Below are positions 1-14,240 of a stretch of DNA of 64,000 nt, piece by piece. The DNA comes from Octopus vulgaris. Lineage: Eukaryota. How positions within the stretch are numbered: position 1 is the first letter of the stretch; the number at the start of each line of letters is the position of its first letter. The stretch is from positions 15,438,001 through 15,502,000 of the forward strand of contig OX597821.1 of assembly GCA_951406725.2 (NCBI GenBank), read 5' to 3'. The notes beneath the pieces were generated by a model. That model was given only the letters and a program-made list of their open reading frames with translations, did not search any database and was not told the DNA's origin. The position numbers and the translations under genes are program-made.

Positions 1-140
1 ATGTGTCGTTTTGTCGTGGAAGGTTATAACCATAGTGTAACTCGAAAGATAACTATATCCAAGTGAAGAGACCAATTTTATAGTGATGCTGTATGATAAA
101 ATCTGCTGGTATTGTACGTATGGTAGCTGTGATTGATATA

Positions 141-543
141 TACTCTTTTACTTGTTTCAGTCATTTTTGACTGCGGCCATGCTGGAGCACCGCCTTTAGT
201 CGAGCAACCCGACCCCAGGACTTATTCTTTGTAAGCCTAGTACTTATTCTGTCGGTCTCTTTTGCCGAACCGCTAAGTGACGGGACTTAAACACACCAGC
301 ATCGGTTGTCAAGCAATTCTAGGGGGACAAACACAGACACACAAACACACACACACACAAATATATATATACATATATACGACAGGCTTCTTTCAGTTTC
401 CGTCTACCAAATCCACTCACAAGGCATTGGTCGGCCCGGGGCTATAGCAGAAGACAATTGCCCAAGATGCCACGCAGTGGGACCGAACCCAGAACCATGT
501 GGTTGGTAAGCAAGCTACTTACCACATAGCCACTCCTGCGCCT
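141..543 (-). mobile_element. tRNA-derived SINE, family A (tRNA head, internal (TG)/(TA) microsatellite, AAAAGAGT tail)
   Basis: Minus strand begins GGCGCAGGAGTGGCTATGTGGTAAG with a pol III A box and a B-box-like GGTTCGGTCCC. Near-identical copies lie at 19526, 28488 and 44003. Confidence 0.9.
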
Positions 544-769
544 ATGGTCACAGCCAGTGTACAAAACCTGTATTGTACAACAAATTTAATCCCGTATTCC
601 AATAGAGTAGCTATAATTTCTTTTGCAGTTACATACTAGGATATGAGCGCTCCACAACCATACAGACATGCAAGTACGCACGTTCATACACACACTCAAC
701 TAATATATACACATACATACACGTTTAATCTAACATGTATATATGCGAATGTATAGTAAGTCTCTCCAC

Positions 770-910
770 GATAGGCACATGGCCTGGAAATTTGGGGAAT
801 CGGGAAAGAAGAAAGGCGAAGTCAACCACAGCAGAATTTGATCTCTGAACGTTAAGTTATGCAAAATGTTGCTAAGCATTCTATCAGCTGTGCTAACGAT
901 CTGCCGGCTC
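770..910 (-). mobile_element. Degraded SINE, family C
   Basis: GCTAAGCATT..TGCTAACGATCTGCCGGCTC matches the reverse complement of the head of the copy at 23518. Confidence 0.55.
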
Positions 911-2014
911 TCAGCCTGTTGCGAATGTCTAATAACGTAAAACAGACAGAGGTTGCATTTACAAAATGCATATGTTTATATCCTAGGAAGTATTGCTTAG
1001 AAGTAAAATGTCGTAAGAACAAATGTGCGTAAGTTTCTCCACATATTTCAATAATCACCAACACTTTCTAAACTGCACGTCTCATATTAACCCAGCAGAA
1101 TACTCTATCTTGTATTGCCACGCTACAAATTCCATGTTAAATTCTTCTTCATATATTTACCAATATATTTGTTATTATGATCGACCTTCATCACATTAAT
1201 CAAAGCCGTTGCAATGCCACTATGCTATCAATGAATGCTTGTTGATTTTGTTTATGAACAAAATCAATATTAAATTACTCCGATGACAACATAACACACT
1301 AGACAAATGTTTATATTTGTATTTATATTTTCATTTCTAACTTAAATTTGTTAAATTTATTTGAGGGGGAAAATATTGATTTGGAAAATAGGCACAGCAT
1401 CTAACAAACAGTTGATTGAAGTCGGCAACCAGTTTAATGGTAATAATTAATTTATTCACTCCCAAAAGAGTGACCAGTAAAAGTTGACGTTTGGGAGATT
1501 GGAATTTAAAGCACATTGAGTGATTAACAAGTAATCTTTGCAGCCGCGTTTCTTCGAGTTCTGTACCAGTGCACGGTAGCTCGAGCAAGCGTCTTGTAGA
1601 ATACCTCCGGTACGATTTCAAGCTCAAATTTACGGCCTCCACATAAGACCGTTGTTGGTGGAAAGTACATGCAGAGGCCTTCTTCCTGTAGTGGTCTGAA
1701 CTTAAGCAATCCAATCCAATACACACTTATATACATACACAGACACACAGATAAATCTACTCCCCGCTCACACAACCTATATATATATAGGTATTTTACT
1801 TAGCATTAAATTTTACGGTAGTTGGTGTCGGGTGACGTCGAAGGATTCGAGTCACGTACCCGCCTTCTGACAACTTTTTTCCGTCTCATAAGGGTAAATA
1901 CGCAATTTTTCTCTGCCGATTTTACAGGTTTACTGCGCTTGTCTGCAAAATATATTTACGAGATTATAGCAAAGACTTCCTAGACTAATTATGTTTAATA
2001 AAATATATTTTATT

Positions 2015-2143
2015 TACCTAAGTTTTAACAACATCTCCTTCGAAATAGTAACGTTGCGCATCAATTCTCCGGCAACAGCCTTCGTGCCATTCTTGGAATC
2101 CGGACCGGAACTCCTTTTCAGTAAGCAAATCGAGGACGTCGTA
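2015..2143 (-). pseudogene. Mariner transposase C-terminal remnant
   Basis: Minus-strand translation DVLDLLTEKEFRSGFQEWHEGCCRRIDAQRYYFEGD resembles the mariner C-terminus F..W..R...CI...G.YFEGD. Confidence 0.65.
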
Positions 2144-2153
2144 TACCTATATA

Positions 2154-2194
<41 letters not shown>

Positions 2195-2221
2195 CGTGTG
2201 TGCGTGTGTGTGTGTGTGTGT

Positions 2222-2737
2222 GTGCCTGTGTACGTGAGCTTATCCAAGCCACTGCTTCACTACGCGTATTTGACATTTTACATACCCGTAACCTAGGGAT
2301 TCGGCAAACCTGAGGGATAGATTAAGCACAAGATTTAAAAAGAAGTAGTTGGGTCATTTTTTCGATAAAAGTTGCCAAGCCGATGCCCCAGCTTTGTCAC
2401 TCCCAAGTATCAGAATCAAGTAAATCAACGGTTACAGAAAAAAAGAAATAAACACCACATGACAATATGCACTGCGGTCCATTGATTCTGCCAAAGTAAC
2501 GACAATGATAGATATTTCTACCACTTTACAAGAATAGTAAGACACAAAAACCGAGATTTTTTCAGCAAGCAGATAAAGAATAGGTTTGAGTCATCACTTT
2601 TCATACTTCTACGATAGGTGCCAGCAACAGAATTGTGAAGCATTTTCACATTAGTCATTACTGAATTACAGATTTCGTTTACATACCTCCTGCATACATA
2701 AATACTTTACACAGACAAAACCACGCACATATCTATC

Positions 2738-2768
<31 letters not shown>

Positions 2769-2776
2769 ATATATAT

Positions 2777-2830
<54 letters not shown>

Positions 2831-3079
2831 ATATATATATATATACACACACACACACATATATATATATATATGTGTGTGCGTGTGTGCGTGTGTGTGT
2901 TGGTGTGTGTGTGCCTGTGTACGTGAGCTTATCCAAGCCACTGCTTCACTACGCGTATTTGACATTTTACATACCCGTAACCTAGGGATTCGGCAAACCT
3001 GAGTGATAGATTAAGCACAAGATTTAAAAAGAAGTAGTTGGGTCATTTTTTCGATAAAAGTTGCCAAGCCGATGCCCCA

Positions 3080-3081
<2 letters not shown>
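2222..3081 (+). repeat. Direct duplication of a ~171 bp diverged SINE-A 3' fragment (2222-2392 and 2911-3081)
   Basis: The two copies differ at one visible position (GGGATA vs GTGATA) and are offset by 689 bp. Confidence 0.85.
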
Positions 3082-3772
<691 letters not shown>

Positions 3773-3789
3773 CTATATACACGCACACA

Positions 3790-4158
3790 CAATGGGGCGA
3801 TGAATAGTTCCTGGCTTTCAGATCCACACAGTTGTTATAGCAGCGCTTCAGTTTTTCTAAGCTCTGTAGCAGTGCTTTTGAACCTTTTTGCTGGAGCGGA
3901 ACCCCAAGGAAACATTCCACTGTTTCGAGGAAACCCTGTGCAATAATTTAATAGTCTTATGCACACATATCTGCACAGGAGAATTAAAAATTACTGCCGA
4001 TTTTAGCATTTCTGTAACTTCTTGCGGAACCCCTGGACTGTACTGGCGGAACCCTGGTTGAAAACCACTGCTCTGTAGAAAGAACTCGGAAGGTTGGACC
4101 TCCAATAAGTCCTTTTGTGATACACTTAAAGCCAGTAACTTTACAGCAACCCGGTGTA
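3790..4158 (-). mobile_element. Mariner-derived non-autonomous element interrupted by a hAT MITE
   Basis: Imperfect TIRs (GGGGCGATGAATAGTTCCTGGCTTT vs reverse complement GGGTTGCTGTAAAGTTACTGGCTTT). The minus-strand peptide [16 protein letters not shown] resembles a mariner C-terminus. Confidence 0.6.
3870..4070. mobile_element. hAT-superfamily MITE, 201 bp
   Basis: TIRs CAGTGCTTTTGAACC / CAGTGGTTTTCAACC (13/15). Exact 8-bp TSD CTCTGTAG at 3862-3869 and 4071-4078. Confidence 0.9.
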
Positions 4159-4174
4159 TATATATATATGTATA

Positions 4175-4216
<42 letters not shown>

Positions 4217-4519
4217 TATGTGTACACATGTAAAAATACACGCACACACACACGTATATATATATATATATATTTGTATGTTTGAATGTGTAAATGCATA
4301 CCTGTACAGAACCATAATCATTTAAATATGCAGCTGCGTATGCGTGGGTGCGTGTGTGCATGTGTGTGTGCATATTTGTCGAAAACTTCCCCAACTCAGA
4401 TGCGTCACTATTTTTAGATTCGTCCTTTATAAAGCTGAACTTTTTCTCACAATGTTTTTATGTACATGTCTGTCACATTTCACCTTCGTTATTGAATGAG
4501 TTCTATTTACTAGAAAATT

Positions 4520-4580
<61 letters not shown>

Positions 4581-5392
4581 AATTTTCAGGTGTAATACAA
4601 TAATTTTCTGGTGTATCTTATCTCTATAATTATTAGCTAAATGTAATTAGTAAATAAATATAATTATTTGACACTGTGCTTAACCTCAAATCTACATTAA
4701 AAAAGATACGAATCTTAAACAAAGCAAAGGAGAAGGTTATTTTCAACGAAGGATACTAACGAATGCGTAAAAGAAGAAAAACGAAACCAATTACATGATT
4801 CAGACGATGAATTACAGAATAAATATTCACGACAGGATGTGAACGGGAAAAAGGTAACTAAAACTGCAAGAATGCCCAAAATTTATTCACAAGAGGATGG
4901 TTCATTTCTAACATAATCATGTCGAGTATTTTCTGGATAATTTCTTTAATACGTATTAGTTTCCCTCTCTCTTTCTCGCTCTCTCTATCTCTCTATCTAT
5001 CTATCTATCTATTCATCTATCTACCTTCTTTATGCCTGATAAGTTATTTCTAAATTATATTTCTTCGTTACCTGTGTCTCACAGTCCATTTTTTCTTTTT
5101 ACTTATTGCAAGATATATGTCACCTTCCTTCCAGATTGCTACTTACTTTATTCCGATCGCAAACATTCCTCTCGTGCTACAAACATGATGTTACACACAC
5201 AAGCATACACATATAGTTCACGTTTACTCCCGCTCTCCACCCACAGGCAGAGGCAGTACGTGTGTGTGTGTACACCCCCACACACACGCACACATAAGTG
5301 GTAAATAAGAGATAGAAGTTGGAAGATAAGAGAATTTTTATTAGTCACTACAATTATTTCGACACATCTAGCATACAAACACACACACACAC

Positions 5393-5453
<61 letters not shown>

Positions 5454-5454
5454 T

Positions 5455-6335
5455 CCCAGAAAGACAATGCATCTTCAGATCCCCAAACCACTGCCTTTCG
5501 AGAACGAACTCGGTTACAAGGACAAATCACGGACTCAACGGAATAGCAAAGGCGTATATCGGAATGACGGGCAACTACCTCAAGGAAAGGTATACACAAC
5601 TCTTGCGTCATTCAGAGACAAAACAAAATTAAAAAAAAAACATGCGACATCCCTATCAAATATGATATGGACATTGAAACAAGGGAAACAAGCAAATCCC
5701 TGATAGAATGGAAAATTATTGGTAAAGCCAAAATATTCAGAGGACGGGGCACCAAATGTGAAATCTGTATTACGGAAAATTAAACATTATACAATGAACG
5801 GTAACATTTTAAATATTAAGGTTGAAACCTTCTCTTTCTGCATACACATGCAATACTTTACACTCACATATTTCTAAGAAAAGCCTCTATAACGATGGTA
5901 ACCCTCCCAGGATTGCCCATTTCCTAAACCTGAACATACATATCACACAAACGTAACGCAAGGAAGAAATATGTCGGAATGACCAACTATCTCAACATAC
6001 AAATACAAGAACACCACGCCCAGGACAGAAACAAATAAAAAAATAATGTAAACAAATTAATCACAAAACATTTAACCACAAGACAAATCCAAGGGAGATA
6101 AACATCCAAAAGATGCCACTCAATACTAACGTCCCTTGTTTCATTGATTCATTGTTTTATATATGCACATTTACGAGAAATCCAGTGGTCAAAGCGAGAC
6201 TGCCTTCCAAAATGGAGACGAACACTTTTCTCCATGTGATCGGCTTGAAAAATTGCTAAGACACTAGGATATTTTCCTACTTTTCTTAACATGAAACCAA
6301 TGGTACCTTCAATTCACAAATAAAGAAACTATATA
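5455..6335 (+). pseudogene. Penelope-like element 3' remnant: GIY-YIG endonuclease C-terminus plus pLTR-like region
   Basis: Frameshifted peptide KAYIGMTGNYLKERY / SFRDKTK..HATSLSNMIWTLKQ / IEWKIIGKAKIF..TKCEICITE matches the PLE GIY-YIG pattern YIG.T...K.R...H..SF...T.LS..IW.LK...I.W.I..KA..Y....C.LC..EK. Confidence 0.8.
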
Positions 6336-6379
6336 TCCACCAATGCTATGTTGAGCACTCATTTCATCGTTCGACATTT

Positions 6380-6442
<63 letters not shown>

Positions 6443-7397
6443 CGTGTGTGTTTGCGCGTATATATGCACATACATATATAAACATACACATATACATATA
6501 TGTATATTCATATATACATACATATATATATATATATGTGTATGTATGTATGGATGGATGTATGTGTATGTATACATTTCTATATACTGAACAACCTATC
6601 TCCATATACCTGTATCTGTGATACGACGCAAATATACATAAACACACAGGCATACAATTAGCTTCTACATACTTTCTCTGACCCTCATTGCAATCGCAGG
6701 ACATCGATTAGCAATAGCCTATATTCGAGACCATTTGCTCAACGTGTTTTCTTTCAATTTTTTTTTGATTATAATGATTATTATGTTTCAACTGAATCTA
6801 TGCACAAAGTTCATGATAGGTTTTCAATCTCGATATTGTTTCTCGTAAGAATCTTTAAGACATTCATCCAGAGTAAATGGTTAATAGTTCGTCTATAGAA
6901 TTTGTTCCGCTTTGTAGTTTCCTACAGCAGATTAATCAATGGAGTCGGTAGGGACAACGAGTCTCCTAGCTAGTTTCCTCTTGTCATAGATACATGAGTG
7001 TGTTCTTTGGTGTGTGAGTGTCATTTTGGTGAGAGGCAACAGGGAGAAATCAAAGGAGGATTAGAGGTTTTATCCTTCCAACGAAGAGAGAGAATGAGAG
7101 AGAGAGAGAGAGTGAGAGAGAGACAGAGGCACACGCGAAGAGAAAGGAGATGGATATAATTACGGAGAGTGAGACAGAGAGAGACAGAGCAGAAATGAGC
7201 GAGGGAGGTTATGAATAAGCGAGAGATATGGTGAATAAGCGAAGGAGGGGAGAGAGAGCAAGAGAAAGTACGAACAAAAGAATGTGATTTTTGAATTAAC
7301 GATAGAGATAAAATGTGTAATTACATGTGTATCTGTTTATGGCAGATAAACAGTAGCGGCAATGAAAAAGTGTCTGTGCATATTTGGATAATACAGT

Positions 7398-7785
7398 GGT
7401 GGAAGCACTCCGTCGGTTATGACGATGAGGGTTCCGGTTGAGCCGAATCAACGGAACAGCCTGCTCGTGAAATTAACGTGTAAGTGGCTGAGCACTCCAC
7501 AGACACGTGCACCCTTTACGCAGTTCTCGGGGATATTCAGCGTGACACAGAGAGTGACAAGGCCGGCCCTTTGAAATACAGGTACAACAGAAACAGGAAG
7601 TAAGAGTGAGAGAAAGATGTGGTGAAAGAGTACAGCAGGGATCACCACCATCCCCTGCAGGACCCTCGTGGAGCTTTTAGGTGTTTTCGCTCAATAAACA
7701 CTCACAACGCCCGGTCTGGGAATCGAAACCGCGATCCTATGACCGCGAGTCCGCTGCCCTAACCACTGGGCCATTGCGCCTCCAC
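7398..7785 (-). mobile_element. tRNA-derived SINE, family B (resembles octopus OR-type SINEs), full length
   Basis: Head GGAGGCGCAATGGCCCAGTGG..GGTTTCGATTCCC with A and B boxes. 12-bp TSD GGATAATACAGT at 7386-7397 and 7786-7797. Confidence 0.92.
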
Positions 7786-7980
7786 GGATAATACAGTAAT
7801 GATATTATCATTAGTGATGCCTCTCATTGAACTTCCGGAACCTACGTAGAATTCAGTCATTGCGTTAATTAGAACTTTTTCAGTTAGAAGAGGCCCAGGC
7901 TAACAAGTGTTAAAATATATGTTCTTGTGTGTTCGCGCGTGTGTATAGTTCCAGATATGTAAGAGATATGTGTGTGTATT

Positions 7981-8031
<51 letters not shown>

Positions 8032-8389
8032 GCACTGACCACTTAAGTTGTTTGTTAGTGTGTAGGTTTTCTATTACAAAACTACTTATCGTTGATGAAA
8101 ACTTTGTGTGTATGTACTTTTATATATTAGTAAATTATTATTGATAAAAATACGAGTGTTCCGCTGTGTGTATACCTAATTCACATAAAATATTCGACTT
8201 GTACTCGTATCTATCTGTATTTGTATTTGGTAAGCGACAACGTGCATCCATGTATATACAGATGTGTGTGTGTGTGTATGTGTGTATGTGTATGTATGTA
8301 TGTATGTATGTATGTATGTATGTATGTATGTATGTATGCATGCATGTATGTATGTATGTATGTAGATAAGTGCGTATGTGTGAATCTTT

Positions 8390-8697
8390 CCTTTTTTTAC
8401 TTGTATTAGTTATTGGAATTTGACCATGCTCTGGTACTCACCTTAAAATGCTTAGTCGAACAAATCATCCTCACTCCTATTTTTTAGTCTTTTTCAAAGC
8501 CTTATACATACTTATTCTCAAGAACGATTTTATATATACTGCATATACTACAACATCTTCCAGTTTCGGCTTGCCAAATCCACTCACGATGCTTTGATCA
8601 CATAAGTAGAAGATACCTGCCCAACGTTCCACGTAGTGGGACTGAACCCAGAGACATATATTTATGAAGCTAGCTATTTAACAACCAGCTGTGTATT

Positions 8698-8744
<47 letters not shown>

Positions 8745-8870
8745 TCGATGAGTTTCTTCCAGTTTCCGCCCCACACTACAGTAGAAGTCACTCACCCAAG
8801 GTTCCATACTGTAGGACAGAACCCGGAACCATGTTGTTGGGAAGCAGGCTTCTTACCCCAGCGTTACTCG
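8390..8870 (-). mobile_element. Degraded SINE family A with duplicated head region
   Basis: Contains CCAAATCCACTCAC and GTGGGACTGAACCC, plus a second ACAGAACCCGGAACCATG. Confidence 0.65.
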
Positions 8871-8893
8871 TACGTTAATTTAACGTACAACCT

Positions 8894-8960
<67 letters not shown>

Positions 8961-8966
<6 letters not shown>

Positions 8967-9120
8967 AATGGGACAAGAATGCAAAACATCCAAGCAGTTA
9001 GATGATTCAATAAATGGACAACAAAACGTCCAGATTGACGATACAAAGAAAACAAGGACGGGTCTTTCAGAGTTTTCTTTCCTCAGTCGAGTTCCAGATT
9101 ATCTTTGCAATTTCGGATAC
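8961..9120 (-). mobile_element. Short (TA)n-abutting interspersed element, probable PLE terminus
   Basis: Unique sequence between microsatellites with the same T-rich end into (TA)n seen in the other PLE-like ends. The family assignment is inferred. Confidence 0.35.
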
Positions 9121-9325
9121 ACTCACACTCGCACACACACACACACACACATATATATAGATGGATGGATAAATATACATATATAGAAATATACATACAT
9201 ATATTTACATATACATAGAGATGTATACACACACACGCACACATATATATACATATATACATATATAAATATATAATATATATATATATATATATACAAA
9301 CGTGTATACATAAATATACATATAA

Positions 9326-9408
<83 letters not shown>

Positions 9409-9645
9409 TATATACACATACATATGTGTAAATTCCAAATAACAAATGTTATCAAATACGCAAGAGTAGGTTCGCCATAATATTCGACTATTAAATTAAT
9501 ATCTTCTGTCACCAGTCATTATGATATATCCTGTAATATAAATTTGATACAATGAGTTTCCCTCTAATATATATTAGAATTATTTACATTTTGCAATACG
9601 CACAAAATATAAATTACAAACTTTGAACGTATGTATCGTACAGCA

Positions 9646-10455
9646 TTTTAAAGGTTGTTATTCTATAAATTCAATAGAATCTACAGATATTCTATGGAAT
9701 CTACAGCTACTGATTTTTGCTACAGCGTTTCGTATCGATATGAAATTTTGTAGCAAAAGTCAATGCTGGCTCTAGTTTCTATAGGATATCTGCAGAAACA
9801 ACCTTAAAAATAACGTAACAAGCGCTACTGACGCAGTGGGACGTGAAACTGACGTATAAAACTTTTAGTATACTTCATAGTATATTGTATTTGCATATCG
9901 AAGTGCCACGTACCTATAAACCTTTAATGTTTACATAGCAGTACAAGGAATGCATCTAACGTAACAAGCGCTACTGACGCAGTGGGACGTGAAACTGACG
10001 TATAAAACTTTTAGTATACTTCATAGTATATTGTATTTGCATATCGAAGTGCCACGTACCTATAAACCTTTAATGTTTACATAGCAGTACAAGGAATGCA
10101 TCTAATATATAAACTGAACTTAACACCGCTGTATGCGGTGGCTATATAAGCAATGTGTTCAGAGATAGAAGTCGATTAGATGGGTGCCGATTAAATGGGT
10201 GCACTCATTACCCACTTTTATCTCCGATCTCATTGCTTGTATACAACTGACGTATCGATACGAAACGCTGTAGCAAAAATCAGCGCTACATTTTCTATAC
10301 AATATCTGTGGAAACAACCGTAAAAATAATGTAACAAGTACTGCTGACGCAGTGGGATGTGGTATTTACTTACAAAAACATTTAGTATAATTCATAGTAC
10401 ATTGTACTTGCATACTGAGGTGCCCCTTTTCGCACAAACCTTTAGTTTACGGAGC
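9646..10455. repeat. Composite fold-back element with an exact 146-bp tandem duplication
   Basis: Palindrome centred on TATCGATA (9733-9740). Identical units at 9811-9956 and 9957-10102, a second palindrome at ~10145-10243, and a diverged arm copy at 10251-10455. Confidence 0.8.
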
Positions 10456-10478
10456 ACTACTAACAGGCCGAGCGAGAC

Positions 10479-10518
<40 letters not shown>

Positions 10519-10686
10519 GTGTATCAAAGATGTAAAGAGTTAACTTCGTTCAGTGTTTATATTTCTCGCAGGAGTTCAACTTGTGACCTCTATCTACGAA
10601 CTACCAGTGAACTTTATTTTAGACGCGATAAAAAAATAATGTAATTAATAAATAGAATACATTCAAAAATATATATCTACTAACCT

Positions 10687-11062
10687 GGCACTCCGTCGGT
10701 TACGACGACGAGGGTTCCAGTTAATCTGATCAATGGAACAGCTTGCACGTGAAGTTAACATACAAGTGGCTGAGTACTCCACAGACACGCGTACTTTTAA
10801 TGTAGTTCCCGGGGAGGTTCAACGTGACCCATTGTGTGACAAGGTTGGCCCTTTGAAACACAGGTACAACAGAAACAGGAAGAAAGAGTGAGAGAAAGTT
10901 GTGGTGAAAGAGTACAGCACAGTTCGCCACCTTCCCCTGCCGGAGCCTCGTAAAATTTTAAGTGTTTTCGCTTAATAAACATTCACAACACTCGGTCTGG
11001 GAAAAGAAACCCTGATCCTACGACCGCGAGTCTGCCGCCCCAACGACTGGGCCATTGCCCTT

Positions 11063-11064
<2 letters not shown>
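10687..11064 (-). mobile_element. SINE family B, diverged
   Basis: Colinear with 7398-7785. Confidence 0.88.
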
Positions 11065-11143
<79 letters not shown>

Positions 11144-11786
11144 CGTATGTGCGTACATATAATATACATGCACGTACGTACATACGTACATGCGTAGATA
11201 CGTGCAATTTGGCTTGCTAAACAATAGGAAGCGATTTTCATTTTGTCGAATGAAGAAATTATTTCTGGAAGACAGAAGTTATTTAGTTCTACAATTTCAA
11301 TACATGTATCGAGTACAATGCAGATATGTTGTGAGATCGAAGAGTTTGGGTGAGGTTTGAATTTTGATTTATTCAGTCGCATTGAAATGCAAAAAATCTT
11401 GTTTTTTTTTATGAAACAATGTTGTCAACACAAAAGTTGTACTTTCAAATATACAAATCACATTGTGATCAATTCATGGTTTCTATTCAGAGACATGAGC
11501 GGGATTGACTAAAGAACCCCTACTGAAATTAGCATGACAAATTACTTCAACGCAGCAGGTCGGAAAATGTCTGTACGCTTGGCTGCAAACAAGTCAATAG
11601 ATGACATTTTAACGACTTCATGTATGTGTGAACTGATGCAATGAACTGGTACGTGAAGACGTTTAGACAGATAGCGATATGATGGATGTTCAGAAGTTAT
11701 CATAGATACGGTAAAAATATCTAGCTGATGGTAAGATGTATATGTATATATATTTATGTATCTATGTGTTTGTATACACACACACA

Positions 11787-11851
<65 letters not shown>

Positions 11852-12818
11852 AGCAAATGATCATTATAACAATTCTTTAAACAATAAGTGTCATAAAATA
11901 AATTGAACTGAAGCAGATTTTGATATGAATGATGGATTTTTCATTTATTCAATTATCCCAGACAGCTGATTCTGTCAAAAAGACCATGATATAATAAAGA
12001 CAAAAGCATATTATTATCATAAAATATCTTTTTTTACCCTTCGGTGGATTATAAGTAAATATTAAAAATTAACGCAATAAAACGTCTTGAATTATCATTG
12101 CATTAGTTCTTTACTCTCACGAAAAACAAATAAAAACTAAAACTCAAATACGCAACTATTACATTTCTAATTTGTCCAACATTTACTATTAACTCCCTCG
12201 GTACCATATCTAAATAGATATCTCCTTCGTTTAACCCTAACTTAGGGGTCAAAAAGGACATACATATATACATCCAGAGACACCAAATAAGGAGCTATAT
12301 CTTATTTCAAAGTCACATTTAAATTTTCCAATTGTCATCTATTATAACATACGTTTTAAAGTCATTTTTTAGTTTAAAAAAACACGGAATAAGAAAATAC
12401 TATAGTTTTTACAGTTTTTACATGTAATAAATTATTCACAATATTTTTATGAAACAACAATGTTTATCTTAAAATTTGGAGTTTGATAAAATTATTTCAA
12501 AGTATAAACAATATACATGCAAATATTAATATATATTTTATGTATCAATATTGATTCTAAGGGTATTATTACGGAATAGCATTTCACTTCGTTAATTTAC
12601 ACAAAACAAATATATGTATTTACGATTTCGTTATTCTACACACTTAAGTAAAATTTGATCATTTGCTTACATATATATTCATTCAGATATGATAAGAAAT
12701 TCGTAAATAACGTATGATAAAAAGCACTGGAAAACTAGGGAATAATTTCGCTAGCAGAGGAATTTTTATCCGAATAAATATAACACGCACACACACACAC
12801 ATGCACACACACACACAA

Positions 12819-12871
<53 letters not shown>

Positions 12872-13760
12872 CGACAGGCTTCTGTTTCCGTGTACCAAAT
12901 CCACTCACAAGGCTCTGGACTATTTTATGCGCAACTCCATTGTCTCCCGAGACAAAAAGGATGCCAACCAATATATATATATATATATATACATACAGTT
13001 GTAATAAAATACGGATAAGCATGTTTGGCATTCTATGATTTATATAACATGCACGCATCTTTGATGCATTAGATTTCAGCTTTGTGCCTGTTTATAACTG
13101 AATGTGTGAAGTGAGCACATTTAATTTTTCCGTCAATCTCTTTCCAATTAAAATAATTCATTAGTTTAGAGAGGCGCATGTGTTGATCAATGACATGACT
13201 CGTAAAATCCCCACCCACAGCACACTCCCAGAGCCAGAAGAAAGAAAAGAAAGGAAGAAATAAAAAAAAGAGCATTAGTAATAATACGTTGACTTTGAAG
13301 GATCCTTCGCTGACAGAAAGTTAATAACATAAGTCATTAATTTGTGTATGAGAAAATGTTAATGACGTCCGCTATCCAGAAGACAACAGACGTTTCTCTC
13401 TTTACTGAAAGACAGGCTATAAGACCTTCTATATCAGCTTTTTACGCCAGGGATTTGAGAACTAATTTTCTCTTCGGAGCTACACACTATGAAGCTGTGA
13501 ATATTAACATGACTCCAAAATTAGGTATATACATTTTTACCCAAGTTCGTACGTATATGTTGCTAGTATTCCGTACTGACCTATCACGTAGATTGATTTC
13601 TGGCGTCGTACCGCGTGGGATATCAGTTTGACGTGTCTGAGACATAGTGTGGGGTATGAACTTTTGTTGTGTGTCACACGTCAGAACGCACACGTCAGAA
13701 CGCACACAAACACAAACACGCACACACATACACACGAGCAAGCTCACACACATATGTATG

Positions 13761-14240
13761 TAATAATAATAAAAATAAAACATTGTGTACAGTGCTCAGG
13801 TGCACTACAACTCATCTAAAGTGTATGTATAATCAGGTGTAGTTTCGGCGGATTTCGGAAAGCATGAGGGCCTTAAAGGATGCAGTGTCATGGCAGTCAA
13901 CAACTGACGCAGGCAGTTTGTTCCATGCTTCAGCAACTCTGAGTGTGAAAAATGTTTCCGAAAGTCATGGGAGCTGTGCTGTTTTCTGACTTTGTAGGCA
14001 TGTCCACGTGTGTTGGACACATGGAGATCAAAAAGGTGTTCAGTGTTGTTGTTGATGAGGTGGTTGATAACTTTGTGGGTGTTTACCAAGTCCATCGCCA
14101 GACGCCGGAGCGTCAGTGAATCCATGCCCAGGGAAACAAGGCGCTCAGAGTATGGTAGGTGTCTGATGGAGGGTATGCGTTTGGTTGCACATCTCTGAAC
14201 AGATTCCAGGAGGTCAATGTTCTGAGCAAGATAGGGGTTC
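13761..14240 (-). pseudogene. 5'-truncated CR1/L2-group LINE 3' end
   Basis: ORF 13805-14242 contains IDLLESVQRCATKRI..LPYSERL..LGMDSLTLRR..NTRGHAYK, a typical CR1/L2 ORF2 C-terminus. It ends in a (TTA)n-like tail. Confidence 0.88.

Noticed and set aside
1337-1775. 129-aa ORF with CTFHQQ, reminiscent of the MULE C.FH..Q motif
   Set aside because: A single short motif with no TIRs or other support.
7448-7651. Recurrent 67-aa ORF MVVIPAVLFHH.. (also 10730, 41054, 60844)
   Set aside because: The conservation reflects SINE family B copy similarity, not coding constraint.
9055-9090. Minus-strand CTGAGGA..GAAA resembling a hammerhead
   Set aside because: Stems I and III cannot pair in the required register.
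9811-10102. Tandem repeats considered as CRISPR-like arrays (also 15930-16290)
   Set aside because: Eukaryotic context, no unique constant-length spacers and no cas genes.
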